From assembly GCA_902518705.1 (NCBI GenBank), contig CABYHW010000004.1, positions 4,084-68,083 of the forward strand: a DNA stretch of 64,000 nucleotides. Direction: 5' to 3'. How positions within the stretch are numbered: position 1 is the first letter of the stretch; every line of letters starts with the position of its first letter. The position numbers and the translations under genes are program-made. The notes below the pieces were generated by a model. The model did no database searches, was not told the origin of the DNA, and was given only the letters and a program-made list of their open reading frames with translations. Shown here in pieces: positions 9,873 through 18,769 of this stretch. The stretch comes from an uncultured Alphaproteobacteria bacterium (GTDB lineage: Bacteria > Pseudomonadota > Alphaproteobacteria > HIMB59 > GCA-002718135).

Positions 9873-10463
9873 ATGAAATTTCTTTTTGATTTAGGTGGTG
9901 TTTTTTTTGATTGGGACCCTCATTATTTTTATAAAGATGTATTTAAAGATAAAGAAGAAAGAGATAATTTCCTTAATAATATTTGCAATGATGAATGGAA
10001 TATCCAACAAGATGCTGGAAGACTCATAAAAGACGCAGAAACTGATCTAATAAAGAATTATCCTGATTATGAAGATAAAATAAAATTATACTATAAAAAT
10101 CATCATAGAATGTTCAAGAAAATCTTTCACCATTCAGTTAATGTTTTAGATGAATTGAAAAATAAAAAATATGAGTGTTATGTTTTATCAAATTGGTCCT
10201 GGGAAACATTTCAAGGTATGGATAAAAAATACCCATTTTTAAATAAATTTGATGGTTTAATAATTTCTGGAAAAGAAAAATTAGTTAAACCTGATGCTCA
10301 AATATATAAATTAGCAGTAAACCGCTTTAATCTAATTCCACAAGAAACTGTTTTTATAGATGATAAAAAAGAGAATATTGAGGCTGCAAACAAACTTGGT
10401 TTTTTAACTATACATTTAACTAACCCTGAAATAATAATTCAAGAAATTAATAGATTTATTTAA
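9873..10463 (+). CDS. HAD-superfamily hydrolase (subfamily IA)
   Basis: 196 aa. Motif I FDLGGVFFDW, SNWS, KPDAQIY, FIDDKKENIEAA. Confidence 0.75.
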   Translation: MKFLFDLGGVFFDWDPHYFYKDVFKDKEERDNFLNNICNDEWNIQQDAGRLIKDAETDLIKNYPDYEDKIKLYYKNHHRMFKKIFHHSVNVLDELKNKKYECYVLSNWSWETFQGMDKKYPFLNKFDGLIISGKEKLVKPDAQIYKLAVNRFNLIPQETVFIDDKKENIEAANKLGFLTIHLTNPEIIIQEINRFI

Positions 10464-10470
10464 TTTAATT

Positions 10471-11622
10471 ATGAACGAAATTTTTGATATTTTAGTTATT
10501 GGAGGGGGTATTAATGGTGCTGGAATTGTAAGAGACGCCTCAGGAAGAAATTTAAAAGTTTGTTTGGTTGAAAAAAACACAGTTGGCTCAGCTACTTCGT
10601 CTTGGTCTACAAAATTAATACATGGTGGATTAAGGTATCTTGAAAATTATGAATTTCGTCTAGTACGTGAATCTCTTAAGGAAAGAGAAGTAATTAAAAA
10701 AATTGCCAGTAATATAACAACACCATTACCTTTTATTATACCGCATCAAAAATCTTTAAGATCTAAATGGTTAATTAAATTAGGATTATTTTTATATGAT
10801 AATATTGGCGGCAAAATGACTATACCAAAATCTTCAACTATAAATATTAAAAAGGAAATTCCTAATATTTTAAAAGATCAATTTAAAATTGGTTTCCAAT
10901 ATTATGATTTACAAGTTGATGATAAAAAACTTGTTCAGTTAAATGTTGAAGATGCAAAGAAAAAAGGTGCAATGATTATTCAAAATAGAAAAGTTATAGA
11001 CGCAAAACGAAATAAAAATATTTGGGATATAACTTTAGATGATAACACTATACTTAAATCTAAAATTCTTATTAATGCTGCTGGCCCTTGGATAAATGAA
11101 GTTTTACATAATGTTATTAAATTAAATTCAAATAAATCAATTCGACTTGTAAAAGGTAGTCATATAATAACTAAAAGTCTTTATAGTCAGAAAAAAGCTT
11201 TCACTTTACAAAATGAAGATAACAGAATAATTTTTGTAATACCGTATAAAGATGAATATTCACTTATTGGCACTACTGAAACAGAAGTTTTTTCACCAGA
11301 AAATCCTAAAATTGATGAAAGTGAAATTGATTATTTATTAAACTCAGTAAATAAATATTTTGTTAAACAAATATCAAGAAATGATGTCGTAAGTTCTTAT
11401 TCTGGAATTAGACCGCTTATTGAAGATTTTAAAGAAGCTTCAAAAGTTACTAGAGACTATATATTTGATTTAAATGAGGATGGTTCACAAGCACCTTTAC
11501 TAAGCATTTATGGTGGAAAATTAACAACATATAGGAAATTAGCTGAAAATGTTCTTTTAACTCTTAATAATCATATTCCCATAAATAAGAAAAATTCTTG
11601 GACTGCTGAACAAAAACTATAA
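10471..11622 (+). CDS. glpD: FAD-dependent glycerol-3-phosphate dehydrogenase, short form lacking the usual C-terminal domain
   Basis: DILVIGGGINGAGIVRDASGRNLKVCLVEKNTVGSATSSWSTKLIHGGLRYLENYEFRLV and YGGKLTTYRKLAE are classic GlpD. The ORF stops at 383 aa, shortly after the conserved YGGKLTTYRKLAE/W-T-x-E region. Confidence 0.85.
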   Translation: MNEIFDILVIGGGINGAGIVRDASGRNLKVCLVEKNTVGSATSSWSTKLIHGGLRYLENYEFRLVRESLKEREVIKKIASNITTPLPFIIPHQKSLRSKWLIKLGLFLYDNIGGKMTIPKSSTINIKKEIPNILKDQFKIGFQYYDLQVDDKKLVQLNVEDAKKKGAMIIQNRKVIDAKRNKNIWDITLDDNTILKSKILINAAGPWINEVLHNVIKLNSNKSIRLVKGSHIITKSLYSQKKAFTLQNEDNRIIFVIPYKDEYSLIGTTETEVFSPENPKIDESEIDYLLNSVNKYFVKQISRNDVVSSYSGIRPLIEDFKEASKVTRDYIFDLNEDGSQAPLLSIYGGKLTTYRKLAENVLLTLNNHIPINKKNSWTAEQKL

Positions 11623-11630
11623 TTGGTATC

Positions 11631-11722
11631 CCTCTTAAATAACTTTTCAAATTTGGTGGGCAGAAAAGTTTTATAAGAGGAATACTTCTTATAGGAGGAA
11701 ATAATATGAACCCTCTGCCCAT
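11631..11722 (+). ncRNA. Candidate structured RNA element (strand uncertain)
   Basis: Imperfect 17-bp hairpin (11631-11647 with 11664-11680, 15/17 pairs). Its loop tggtgggcag (11654-11663) can pair with ctgcccatta (11713-11722), including 2 G-U pairs. An alternative hairpin ataaga/tcttat overlaps the first one. Confidence 0.3.
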
Positions 11723-11738
11723 TATAATAATAGTTTAA
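11706..11738 (+). CDS. Mini-ORF MNPLPIIIIV (10 codons) behind a perfect Shine-Dalgarno; leader-peptide-like
   Basis: AGGAGG at 11693-11698, 7-nt spacer, ATG 11706, four consecutive Ile codons plus Val, TAA 11736-11738. A terminator hairpin lies 40 nt downstream. Confidence 0.25.
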   Translation: MNPLPIIIIV

Positions 11739-11777
11739 ATTCATAATATTTATTGAAAATTTTTAAAAAAGGGATGT

Positions 11778-11800
11778 ATTGCCCCTTAATAAGGGGCAAT
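11778..11800. terminator. Bidirectional terminator hairpin between convergent glpD and the ABC ATPase gene
   Basis: attgcccctt-aat-aaggggcaat, a 10-bp stem. On the minus strand a T6 run follows a few nt after the stem. Confidence 0.6.
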
Positions 11801-11816
11801 AATTAATACGATTCTA

Positions 11817-12947
11817 TTATTTAAATGCTTCGCCTGAACTATCAAATAATTGGCATCTTCCAGCAGGGAATCCTACTTTTACAGTATCACCAACTTTGAT
11901 TTCAGAATGTCCTTCAGTTTCAGCAACTAATGGCTCTCCATCTTTTTCAAGGTATAGATAAGAAACGTCACCAAGCTTTTCGACAACAAATACTTTACTT
12001 TCCCAAGACCCATCCGCATCACCATTTACTACTAAGTGCTCTGGTCTAATGCCTAAAGTTACTGAATCACCCTCTGAAGATGATGCTGACATTTTAGAGA
12101 CTGATATTTTTGACATTCCCATAATATCAACTTCTGTAGCATCAGAACTTTTGCTTAATATCTTACTTGAAATAAAGTTCATTTTTGGTGATCCAATAAA
12201 CCCACCTACGAACATATTATTTGGTTTATCATAAAGTTCTAGTGGTGATCCTTTTTGTGAAACTATACCTGTATCAAGTACAACAATATCATCAGCTAGA
12301 GTCATAGCTTCTGTCTGATCGTGTGTAACATAGATCATTGTTGCTTCTAGTTCATTATGCAGTTTTGCTAATTCAACTCTCATTTGAACTCTTAATGCAG
12401 CATCAAGGTTTGAAAGCGGTTCATCAAATAAGAAAACTTTTGGCTTTCTGGTAATTGCTCTCCCAATAGCAACACGCTGTCTTTGACCACCTGAAAGTTG
12501 TTTAGGTTTTCTTTGAAGATAATCTTCTATTTGAAGAATTCTTGCTGCCTCATTTACTCTTTCATTAATTTCATCTTTTGATCTTTTTTCTAGTTTTAAA
12601 CCAAACGCCATGTTATCAAATACAGTCATGTGAGGGTATAATGCATACGACTGAAACACCATTGCAATATTTCTTTGCTTTGGTGGTAAATCATTAACTA
12701 CCTGACCATCAATTGAAATTGTGCCTGAATTTATATCTTCTAGTCCCGCTATCATTCTTAACATAGTTGATTTACCACAACCACTTGGGCCAACTAAAAC
12801 TGTGAATGATTGACTTTTTATATCAAGAGAAACATCCTTAATTACATGGACGTCTCCAAAATATTTATTAACAGTATTTATATTTATATCTGCCACTTCA
12901 TCCTCCTTTGAGCGATCTTTCAAGTGTATGAATACATCATCATACAA
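11817..12947 (-). CDS. CUT1 ABC transporter ATP-binding protein (MalK/UgpC/MsiK family)
   Basis: 376 aa. Walker A GPSGCGKST, signature LSGGQRQR, Walker B FLFDEPLSNLD, VTHDQ, and a C-terminal MalK-type regulatory domain (GSPKMNF). Confidence 0.9.
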   Translation of the reverse strand: MYDDVFIHLKDRSKEDEVADININTVNKYFGDVHVIKDVSLDIKSQSFTVLVGPSGCGKSTMLRMIAGLEDINSGTISIDGQVVNDLPPKQRNIAMVFQSYALYPHMTVFDNMAFGLKLEKRSKDEINERVNEAARILQIEDYLQRKPKQLSGGQRQRVAIGRAITRKPKVFLFDEPLSNLDAALRVQMRVELAKLHNELEATMIYVTHDQTEAMTLADDIVVLDTGIVSQKGSPLELYDKPNNMFVGGFIGSPKMNFISSKILSKSSDATEVDIMGMSKISVSKMSASSSEGDSVTLGIRPEHLVVNGDADGSWESKVFVVEKLGDVSYLYLEKDGEPLVAETEGHSEIKVGDTVKVGFPAGRCQLFDSSGEAFK

Positions 12948-12999
12948 ATATATTTATATTTAAAGGTATATTTATTGAAAAATCAATACTTTTTAGTAT

Positions 13000-14139
13000 T
13001 TAACCTTTAACTGATCCAGCTACTAAACCTCGTATAAAATATCTCTGTAGAGCAAAAAAGATAAATAAAGGTACAGTCATTGATACAAAAGCACCAGTAG
13101 TTAAAATTTCCCAATTTTCACCTCTAGATCCAAGTAATTCTTTTAATTTTGCGGTTAATATTATTTCACTTGGAACCTGATCTAAAAATACTAAACCTAC
13201 TAAAAGATCATTCCAACACCATAAAAATTGTAAAATAAATATTGAAGCAAAAGCTGGTATCGAAAGAGGAATAATTATTCGTAAAAAAATATCATAATGA
13301 GAAGCACCATCAACTTTAGCAGCTTCCATCATTTCATTAGGTAAGCTTTTTAAAAAATTTCTTAATAGAAAAGTAGTTGAGGCTAATCCAAAACCAGTAT
13401 GTGCCATCCAAACACCGGGATAGGACTTAGCTGCTACTCCAAATAATGCTCCAAAATCATTATAGATTGTTAGTATTGGTATTAGAGACATTTGAAGAGG
13501 AACAACTAGAGATGCAATTATTATTGCTAGTAAAGTATCCCTTCCATAAAATTTCATCCAAGTTAAGGAATATGCAAAGAAAGAGCATATTATTAAAGGA
13601 ATTAGTGTTGAAGGTAATGCTACTGCCATTGTATTAATAAAAGCTCTACCAATTCCTTCCTTGAATAATACTTCTCTGTAATTTTCAAAAGTAAATGCAG
13701 GAGGACTTAATGATGTAGTAAATAATCTCTTACCTTTTTTCTTTTTAAATTCTGTTTTAGATCTCCATTCATAATTTCCATCTTCATCAAGAAGCACTTC
13801 ACTTTCATCTTTAAAAATTGCGACATCTCCAATATTAAATTCATTAATTTTTTTAGATGTAATTCCAAAACTTTCTATTTTTTTTTCTGAATTATCTTCA
13901 AATAACTTTCCTTTAATTTTGAAATAACCATCTTCTTCAATTTGGCTTTCCATTCCTGACATTCTATAAATTTCATTTACTTCAGTAGTAGTTAAGGAAG
14001 TCCACCATCCACTTATAGCTAATAAATCTTTATCTCTTAAAGAACTAATAAACAGACCAAATGTAGGAATAATCCATATAATAACAAAGAAGAGGAGTAA
14101 AAGTTGAGATAATAAAGATGATATTGAAAATTTCTTCAT
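13000..14139 (-). CDS. CUT1 ABC transporter permease (MalG/UgpE/AglG-like) with a long periplasmic insertion
   Basis: 379 aa. EAA loop MEAAKVDGASHYDIFLRIIIPL and a roughly 110-aa hydrophilic insertion after TM1. Confidence 0.85.
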   Translation of the reverse strand: MKKFSISSLLSQLLLLFFVIIWIIPTFGLFISSLRDKDLLAISGWWTSLTTTEVNEIYRMSGMESQIEEDGYFKIKGKLFEDNSEKKIESFGITSKKINEFNIGDVAIFKDESEVLLDEDGNYEWRSKTEFKKKKGKRLFTTSLSPPAFTFENYREVLFKEGIGRAFINTMAVALPSTLIPLIICSFFAYSLTWMKFYGRDTLLAIIIASLVVPLQMSLIPILTIYNDFGALFGVAAKSYPGVWMAHTGFGLASTTFLLRNFLKSLPNEMMEAAKVDGASHYDIFLRIIIPLSIPAFASIFILQFLWCWNDLLVGLVFLDQVPSEIILTAKLKELLGSRGENWEILTTGAFVSMTVPLFIFFALQRYFIRGLVAGSVKG

Positions 14140-15122
14140 TATATTTTTTGTTCCTGTCTATGTTTGTATAAGTTCCATGCTAAGATTGGTATGACACCAA
14201 TCATAATAACAATTGCTAAAACACTTCCTCTTCCCGAGTCACCACCACCTCTAAACATCCAGTCGTACATTAAGTTCGCTAAGACTCCAGTTTGCCATTC
14301 CCCATTAGTCATAGCAAAAATAATATCAAATATTCTTAAAACAATTATTGTAATTAATGTCCAAATCACAAGTATCGTTTGTTCTAAATAAGGAATTATA
14401 ATTGAAAAAAATATTTTTAACTCACTAGCTCCATCAATTCTTGCTGCTTCAAGCATTTCCTTAGGTATACTTCTTAATGCAGCACTAAAAATAACTAAAG
14501 CTAATCCAGTTTGTATCCAAATCATAATAGCCATCAAAAAGAAATTGTTCCACATAGGTATTGTTAACCATGCTTGTGGTTCATAACCAAGAGAAACAAT
14601 TATTGCATTAAGTAGTCCAATTTGTGTATTCTCAGGCCCTCTATACTCATAAATAAATTTCCAAATTACACCAGCTCCTACAAATGATATTGCCATAGGC
14701 ATAAAAATTATAGATTTTGCAATTGAACCCCACCAAATTCTATCAGCTAAGTTAGCAATGACTAATCCAAAAAAAGTGCTTAATGTTGGGACTACAAGTA
14801 ACCATACTAAATTATTTAATATACTTCTTCTAAATTCGGGATCATTAATTGCCCATTTGTAATTGTATAGTCCGACAAATTCTCTTCCAAATTTATCATA
14901 AAAGCTAAGCCTGATAGTTTCAAACACTGGATATAAAATAAAAATAAATAAAACAATAAATGCGGGTGTTATAAAAACTATGACCCTTATAGAATTTTCA
15001 AAATTATATCTTTTCAGTGTTTTGTTACCATAAGTATCTAAAATATAATTTGAGATATGAAAGTAGGCTATGAAAAATAATATTCCTAAAAAAACAATAA
15101 ATACTAAATTCAGGATGGTCAT
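14139..15122 (-). CDS. CUT1 ABC transporter permease (MalF/UgpA/AglF-like)
   Basis: 327 aa. EAA loop LEAARIDGASELKIFFSIIIPY. 1-nt overlap with the downstream permease. Confidence 0.85.
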   Translation of the reverse strand: MTILNLVFIVFLGILFFIAYFHISNYILDTYGNKTLKRYNFENSIRVIVFITPAFIVLFIFILYPVFETIRLSFYDKFGREFVGLYNYKWAINDPEFRRSILNNLVWLLVVPTLSTFFGLVIANLADRIWWGSIAKSIIFMPMAISFVGAGVIWKFIYEYRGPENTQIGLLNAIIVSLGYEPQAWLTIPMWNNFFLMAIMIWIQTGLALVIFSAALRSIPKEMLEAARIDGASELKIFFSIIIPYLEQTILVIWTLITIIVLRIFDIIFAMTNGEWQTGVLANLMYDWMFRGGGDSGRGSVLAIVIMIGVIPILAWNLYKHRQEQKI

Positions 15123-15144
15123 TAGTGATTAAATATATAAAAAA

Positions 15145-15175
15145 AACAGGCGAACAAGTTAATTGTTCGCCTGTT
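15145..15175 (-). terminator. Rho-independent terminator/attenuator between binding-protein gene and permease genes
   Basis: aacaggcgaacaa-gttaa-ttgttcgcctgtt, followed on the minus strand by T8. It sits 14 nt after the binding-protein stop. Confidence 0.75.
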
Positions 15176-15188
15176 CATAATTGAAAAG

Positions 15189-16499
15189 TTACTTAATTGC
15201 GTCCCAACTATCTTGGATCGCATCTGCTACATCTTGGGCAGATTTTCCGTTAGTATAGTCAACCATACCAGTCCAGAAAGTTCCAGCACCAATAGCACCA
15301 GGCATTAAGTCTGACGCATCAAATCTAAACGTTGTTGCGCCTGTTAAAATTTCACCTAGTTTTCTAAAAGTTTCACTAGCATATTTACTTCCATCAACAC
15401 CTTTGTGAGGAGTCAGGAAACCACCTTTAGCCATCCAATATTCATGAGCTTCAGGATGCATTAAGAATTTAATGAACTCTATTGTTGCTTGGTTATCATT
15501 AGTAGCCGCTACTAATGTACCAGCTCCAAGTACAGGAGTACCTAAATCTTTTCCAGCAAATGCAGGGAAATAGAAAAAGTCATAATCTACACCAGCTTCA
15601 ACACCTTCAGGAAAGAATGCAGGAATAAAACTTGCCTGACGGTGCATCATGCACTCAGCAGGAGAAGTAAATAAACCATTTGGAGCATCTCTGAAGTCTG
15701 TTGTAGCAACTGCTTTTGATCCACCATTAACATAACTATCGTTTAGAGCAATTGAGCCAAAGAAATCCATTGCCTCAAGAACTCTTGGGTCATTGAAAGG
15801 CATTTCGTTTGACACCCACATGTCGTAAACATCTGGAGAATGAGTTCTAAGCATAATATCTTCCATCCAGTCAGTTGCAGGCCAACCTGTAGCTGCTCCA
15901 GAACCTAGACCAATACACCAAGGGGTATTTCCATCTGAAGCCATTTGTTCAGTTAATGCCATAAGTTCTTCCATAGATGAAGGAACTTCATAACCATTAT
16001 CTTCAAAGTTATCAGGTGAATACCAAACTAAACTTTTTACGTTAGTTCTAAAAAAGATAGCATTAAACTGATCATTACCGTTTTCATCAGCATAAGTCGA
16101 TAGATCAATCCATGATTGACCGGCAGCATAGTTATCTAAAACTAATTGTTTAATATCATCTCCAAGAGGAACTAATCCTCCCATTGCTGCAGCATTAGCA
16201 GCTAGACCAGGTTGTGGAAACACAACTAGATCAGCAGCACTTCCAGCTTTTAGATCGATCATAACTTGTTGTTCAAAACTATCTGAGCCTCCATATTCAA
16301 ATGTTGCTCCTGTAGCTTTTTCAAATATAGCACCTACTTCTCTCATTGTTTCTTGCTCTGGAGATAACCAAGGACCAAACATAACTACCTTTTGTCCACT
16401 TAGATCAGGACCAGTATATGCGTGTCCTCCAGCAAATGCAGAGAAACTTAGAAATAATGAAGAAATAAATACTACTAGACTTTTAATTGAATTTTTCAT
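15189..16499 (-). CDS. Extracellular solute-binding protein (family 1; sugar/alpha-glucoside/glycerol-phosphate type)
   Basis: ORF 15189-16550. Preferred start is ATG at 16499, preceded by GGAGG (complement of 16504-16508), giving the signal peptide MKNSIKSLVVFISSLFLSFSAFA. Codon usage looks high-expression. Confidence 0.85.
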   Translation of the reverse strand: MKNSIKSLVVFISSLFLSFSAFAGGHAYTGPDLSGQKVVMFGPWLSPEQETMREVGAIFEKATGATFEYGGSDSFEQQVMIDLKAGSAADLVVFPQPGLAANAAAMGGLVPLGDDIKQLVLDNYAAGQSWIDLSTYADENGNDQFNAIFFRTNVKSLVWYSPDNFEDNGYEVPSSMEELMALTEQMASDGNTPWCIGLGSGAATGWPATDWMEDIMLRTHSPDVYDMWVSNEMPFNDPRVLEAMDFFGSIALNDSYVNGGSKAVATTDFRDAPNGLFTSPAECMMHRQASFIPAFFPEGVEAGVDYDFFYFPAFAGKDLGTPVLGAGTLVAATNDNQATIEFIKFLMHPEAHEYWMAKGGFLTPHKGVDGSKYASETFRKLGEILTGATTFRFDASDLMPGAIGAGTFWTGMVDYTNGKSAQDVADAIQDSWDAIK

Positions 16500-16544
16500 T
16501 AATCCTCCTAATTTATAAAAAACAATTATCCCATCATTAGTTAT

Positions 16545-16595
16545 TGTCAATTTATAATAACTTTCTAATTGTTGATATTTACTGTCAATTTATAA
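16545..16595 (-). promoter_or_regulatory. Two direct copies of a 13-mer carrying TTGACA upstream of the binding-protein gene (candidate promoter/operator)
   Basis: tgtcaatttataa at 16545-16557 and 16583-16595. On the minus strand this is TTATAAATTGACA, i.e. a consensus -35 hexamer. The proximal copy lies about 46-58 nt upstream of the ATG, with GATAAT/TAATTG as possible -10. Confidence 0.35.
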
Positions 16596-16657
16596 CAGTT
16601 TTATATTTTGTTGATTTTGCTCAAGAAAAAATTCAAATATAAATCTTATATTTATTC

Positions 16658-17653
16658 TTATGATGGCACAATTTTTGAAATATAAAATGAATTATCCTTA
16701 TTTTGTTTAATTATTGCTGGAATAATTTCCTTATATGCATCAAATAAACTAGTATTTGCTTTTGGTAATTGATTCTTAATTAAATTACTTAATTTAGGTA
16801 AATTGTAAGATGGCACAGATGGAAACATGTGGTGTTCAACATGATATTCCATATGCCAATATAAAAAACTAAAAATTGGATTTAAGCGCACTGATCGAGT
16901 TGTAAATCTGTGATCTTTAATATCTTCAGGTAGACCAATATGTTGAGTTTGATTAAAAAGTTCAATAATATTTCCCCAATACCTAGGAAAGAAAATTAGA
17001 AGAGCTGGAAGTGGATTCATTAAATAAATGGATATTACAAAAGATGCTATCCATATTGTAACATGTATTCTTGAAATAAGTCTACATTTCCAAATTTCAT
17101 TTTGAGGTATGCAATCTCTCATAACAGGAGTTGTAAGCCCAATAGCATGTTTAATAGTTTCAAATTTCCATGAGTCTTTAAATTTTATTAACTCTGCGAA
17201 TGGTACAAAGCTAAATAGAAAACTTTGAAGAGTTGGATATTGATGGAATAATGCAGCTTCATAATCATGAGGGTCTTTTACTGAAGCAGTGTTGCTATGA
17301 TGTCTAAAATGGCTCCACGTCCACCTTGTAGGCTCAAAGTCTGTCATAAAAGAACCTATTTGATAAAAGATTTCATTTAAATATTTTGATTTGAAAGCTG
17401 TTCTATGACCACATTCGTGCCAGATAGGGTTACTTGCGTAAAATAAAACACCATAAAGCCATAGCCATAATACAGTCCACCATGTTCCCCAAGTTACTGC
17501 AGACATGTATCCAAAGAAAAATAGTAATATGAAATATATGGTAACGTGCTGTAATCCCTTAAGATCACTTTTTTTTGATAATAGTTTTAAGTCTTTTTTA
17601 CTTATTTCGGCCCTAAACCATTTAGTATCTACGTTATCTAATTCTTCTGACAT
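16658..17653 (-). CDS. Membrane di-iron oxygenase of the fatty-acid desaturase/hydroxylase superfamily (paralogue A)
   Basis: 331 aa. Three His boxes HECGH, HFRHH, HVEHH, with hydrophobic spans between them. About half the positions look identical to the ORF at 23886-24899. Confidence 0.8.
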   Translation of the reverse strand: MSEELDNVDTKWFRAEISKKDLKLLSKKSDLKGLQHVTIYFILLFFFGYMSAVTWGTWWTVLWLWLYGVLFYASNPIWHECGHRTAFKSKYLNEIFYQIGSFMTDFEPTRWTWSHFRHHSNTASVKDPHDYEAALFHQYPTLQSFLFSFVPFAELIKFKDSWKFETIKHAIGLTTPVMRDCIPQNEIWKCRLISRIHVTIWIASFVISIYLMNPLPALLIFFPRYWGNIIELFNQTQHIGLPEDIKDHRFTTRSVRLNPIFSFLYWHMEYHVEHHMFPSVPSYNLPKLSNLIKNQLPKANTSLFDAYKEIIPAIIKQNKDNSFYISKIVPS

Positions 17654-17712
17654 TGATCTTTTATAAAAAAATTGATGAAAATATAAAGATAAAAATCAAC
17701 TATTTTGACACA

Positions 17713-18768
17713 CTAAACATCAACCCATTTACCAATTTCATTACTTTCTATACATTTATCAATAATATTTTGAATTTTTGCACCTTGATAAAAATCTGGT
17801 TGCATATTCAGGTTTGTTTTTATTGATTCTATAAAATTTTTATAATTACTGGGTGTTTTGGGGCACTCAATTGTATCCCAAGACATTTTATTGATATTTT
17901 CATTTATACAAATGTGAAGAGTCGACCATTTGGTCCTTTCTTCATCAAGCTCAACCTTTACAGCACCCTTTGTACAAAATACTTCTAAGATTATGGAATT
18001 TGCATGTCCGGTTGCATATCTTGTATTTGTTATTGTTCCAATAGCTCCATTCTCAAATCTAACTAACGAATTGAAACCATCATTAGCATCTAATGTATAT
18101 TCTTTTATTTTATTTCCTTTATCGAAGTATGTTTTTAAATCAGTACAAATCTCTTTTATGTCACCTACTGCATTAACAGCAAAATCAAAAATATGAACAC
18201 CCGTATCCCCTAAAGCACCGTTACTTCCATGTTTTGTTGATAGTCTCCACAACCATTTGTCTTCTTCTCTCCAATCACCCCATTTATTACTTGTAAGCCA
18301 AGACTGATAATAACAAGCACTAACATGTCTTGGGCTTCCTATTTCACCAGATTTTAATATTTCAACTAATCTTTGATATGCACTTGACTCCCTATAAGTA
18401 AAATTAATCATATTAATTTTTTTAGATTTTACTGCCGCATTTACCATATCTTTTGCATCACTATAATTTTCAGCAAGTGGTTTCTCACAAAAAACATTAT
18501 AACCACTTTTTAAAATTTGTAGTGTAGTTTCTTTATGAAACTTATCAGGTGTTGTATTGCTAATACCATCAAAAGTTTTTTCTTTTTCAAGCATTTCTTC
18601 TAAACTCAAATATCCTCTGATATCTGCATTTTTATTATTTGATAAAAATATTTCTAAATTTTTTTGATTTGTATCACAAACAGCTTCAACATTAACATTT
18701 GGCATATTGTTAAATTCATTAAGATGTCTTGAAGAAATATTTCCTGTTCCAACAATACCAATTTTCAT
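17713..18768 (-). CDS. Gfo/Idh/MocA-family NAD(P)-dependent oxidoreductase (ThuB/IolG-like)
   Basis: 351 aa. N-terminal Rossmann KIGIVGTGNISSRH, EKPLA motif, typical C-terminal alpha/beta domain. Confidence 0.85.
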   Translation of the reverse strand: MKIGIVGTGNISSRHLNEFNNMPNVNVEAVCDTNQKNLEIFLSNNKNADIRGYLSLEEMLEKEKTFDGISNTTPDKFHKETTLQILKSGYNVFCEKPLAENYSDAKDMVNAAVKSKKINMINFTYRESSAYQRLVEILKSGEIGSPRHVSACYYQSWLTSNKWGDWREEDKWLWRLSTKHGSNGALGDTGVHIFDFAVNAVGDIKEICTDLKTYFDKGNKIKEYTLDANDGFNSLVRFENGAIGTITNTRYATGHANSIILEVFCTKGAVKVELDEERTKWSTLHICINENINKMSWDTIECPKTPSNYKNFIESIKTNLNMQPDFYQGAKIQNIIDKCIESNEIGKWVDV

Positions 18769-18769
18769 T

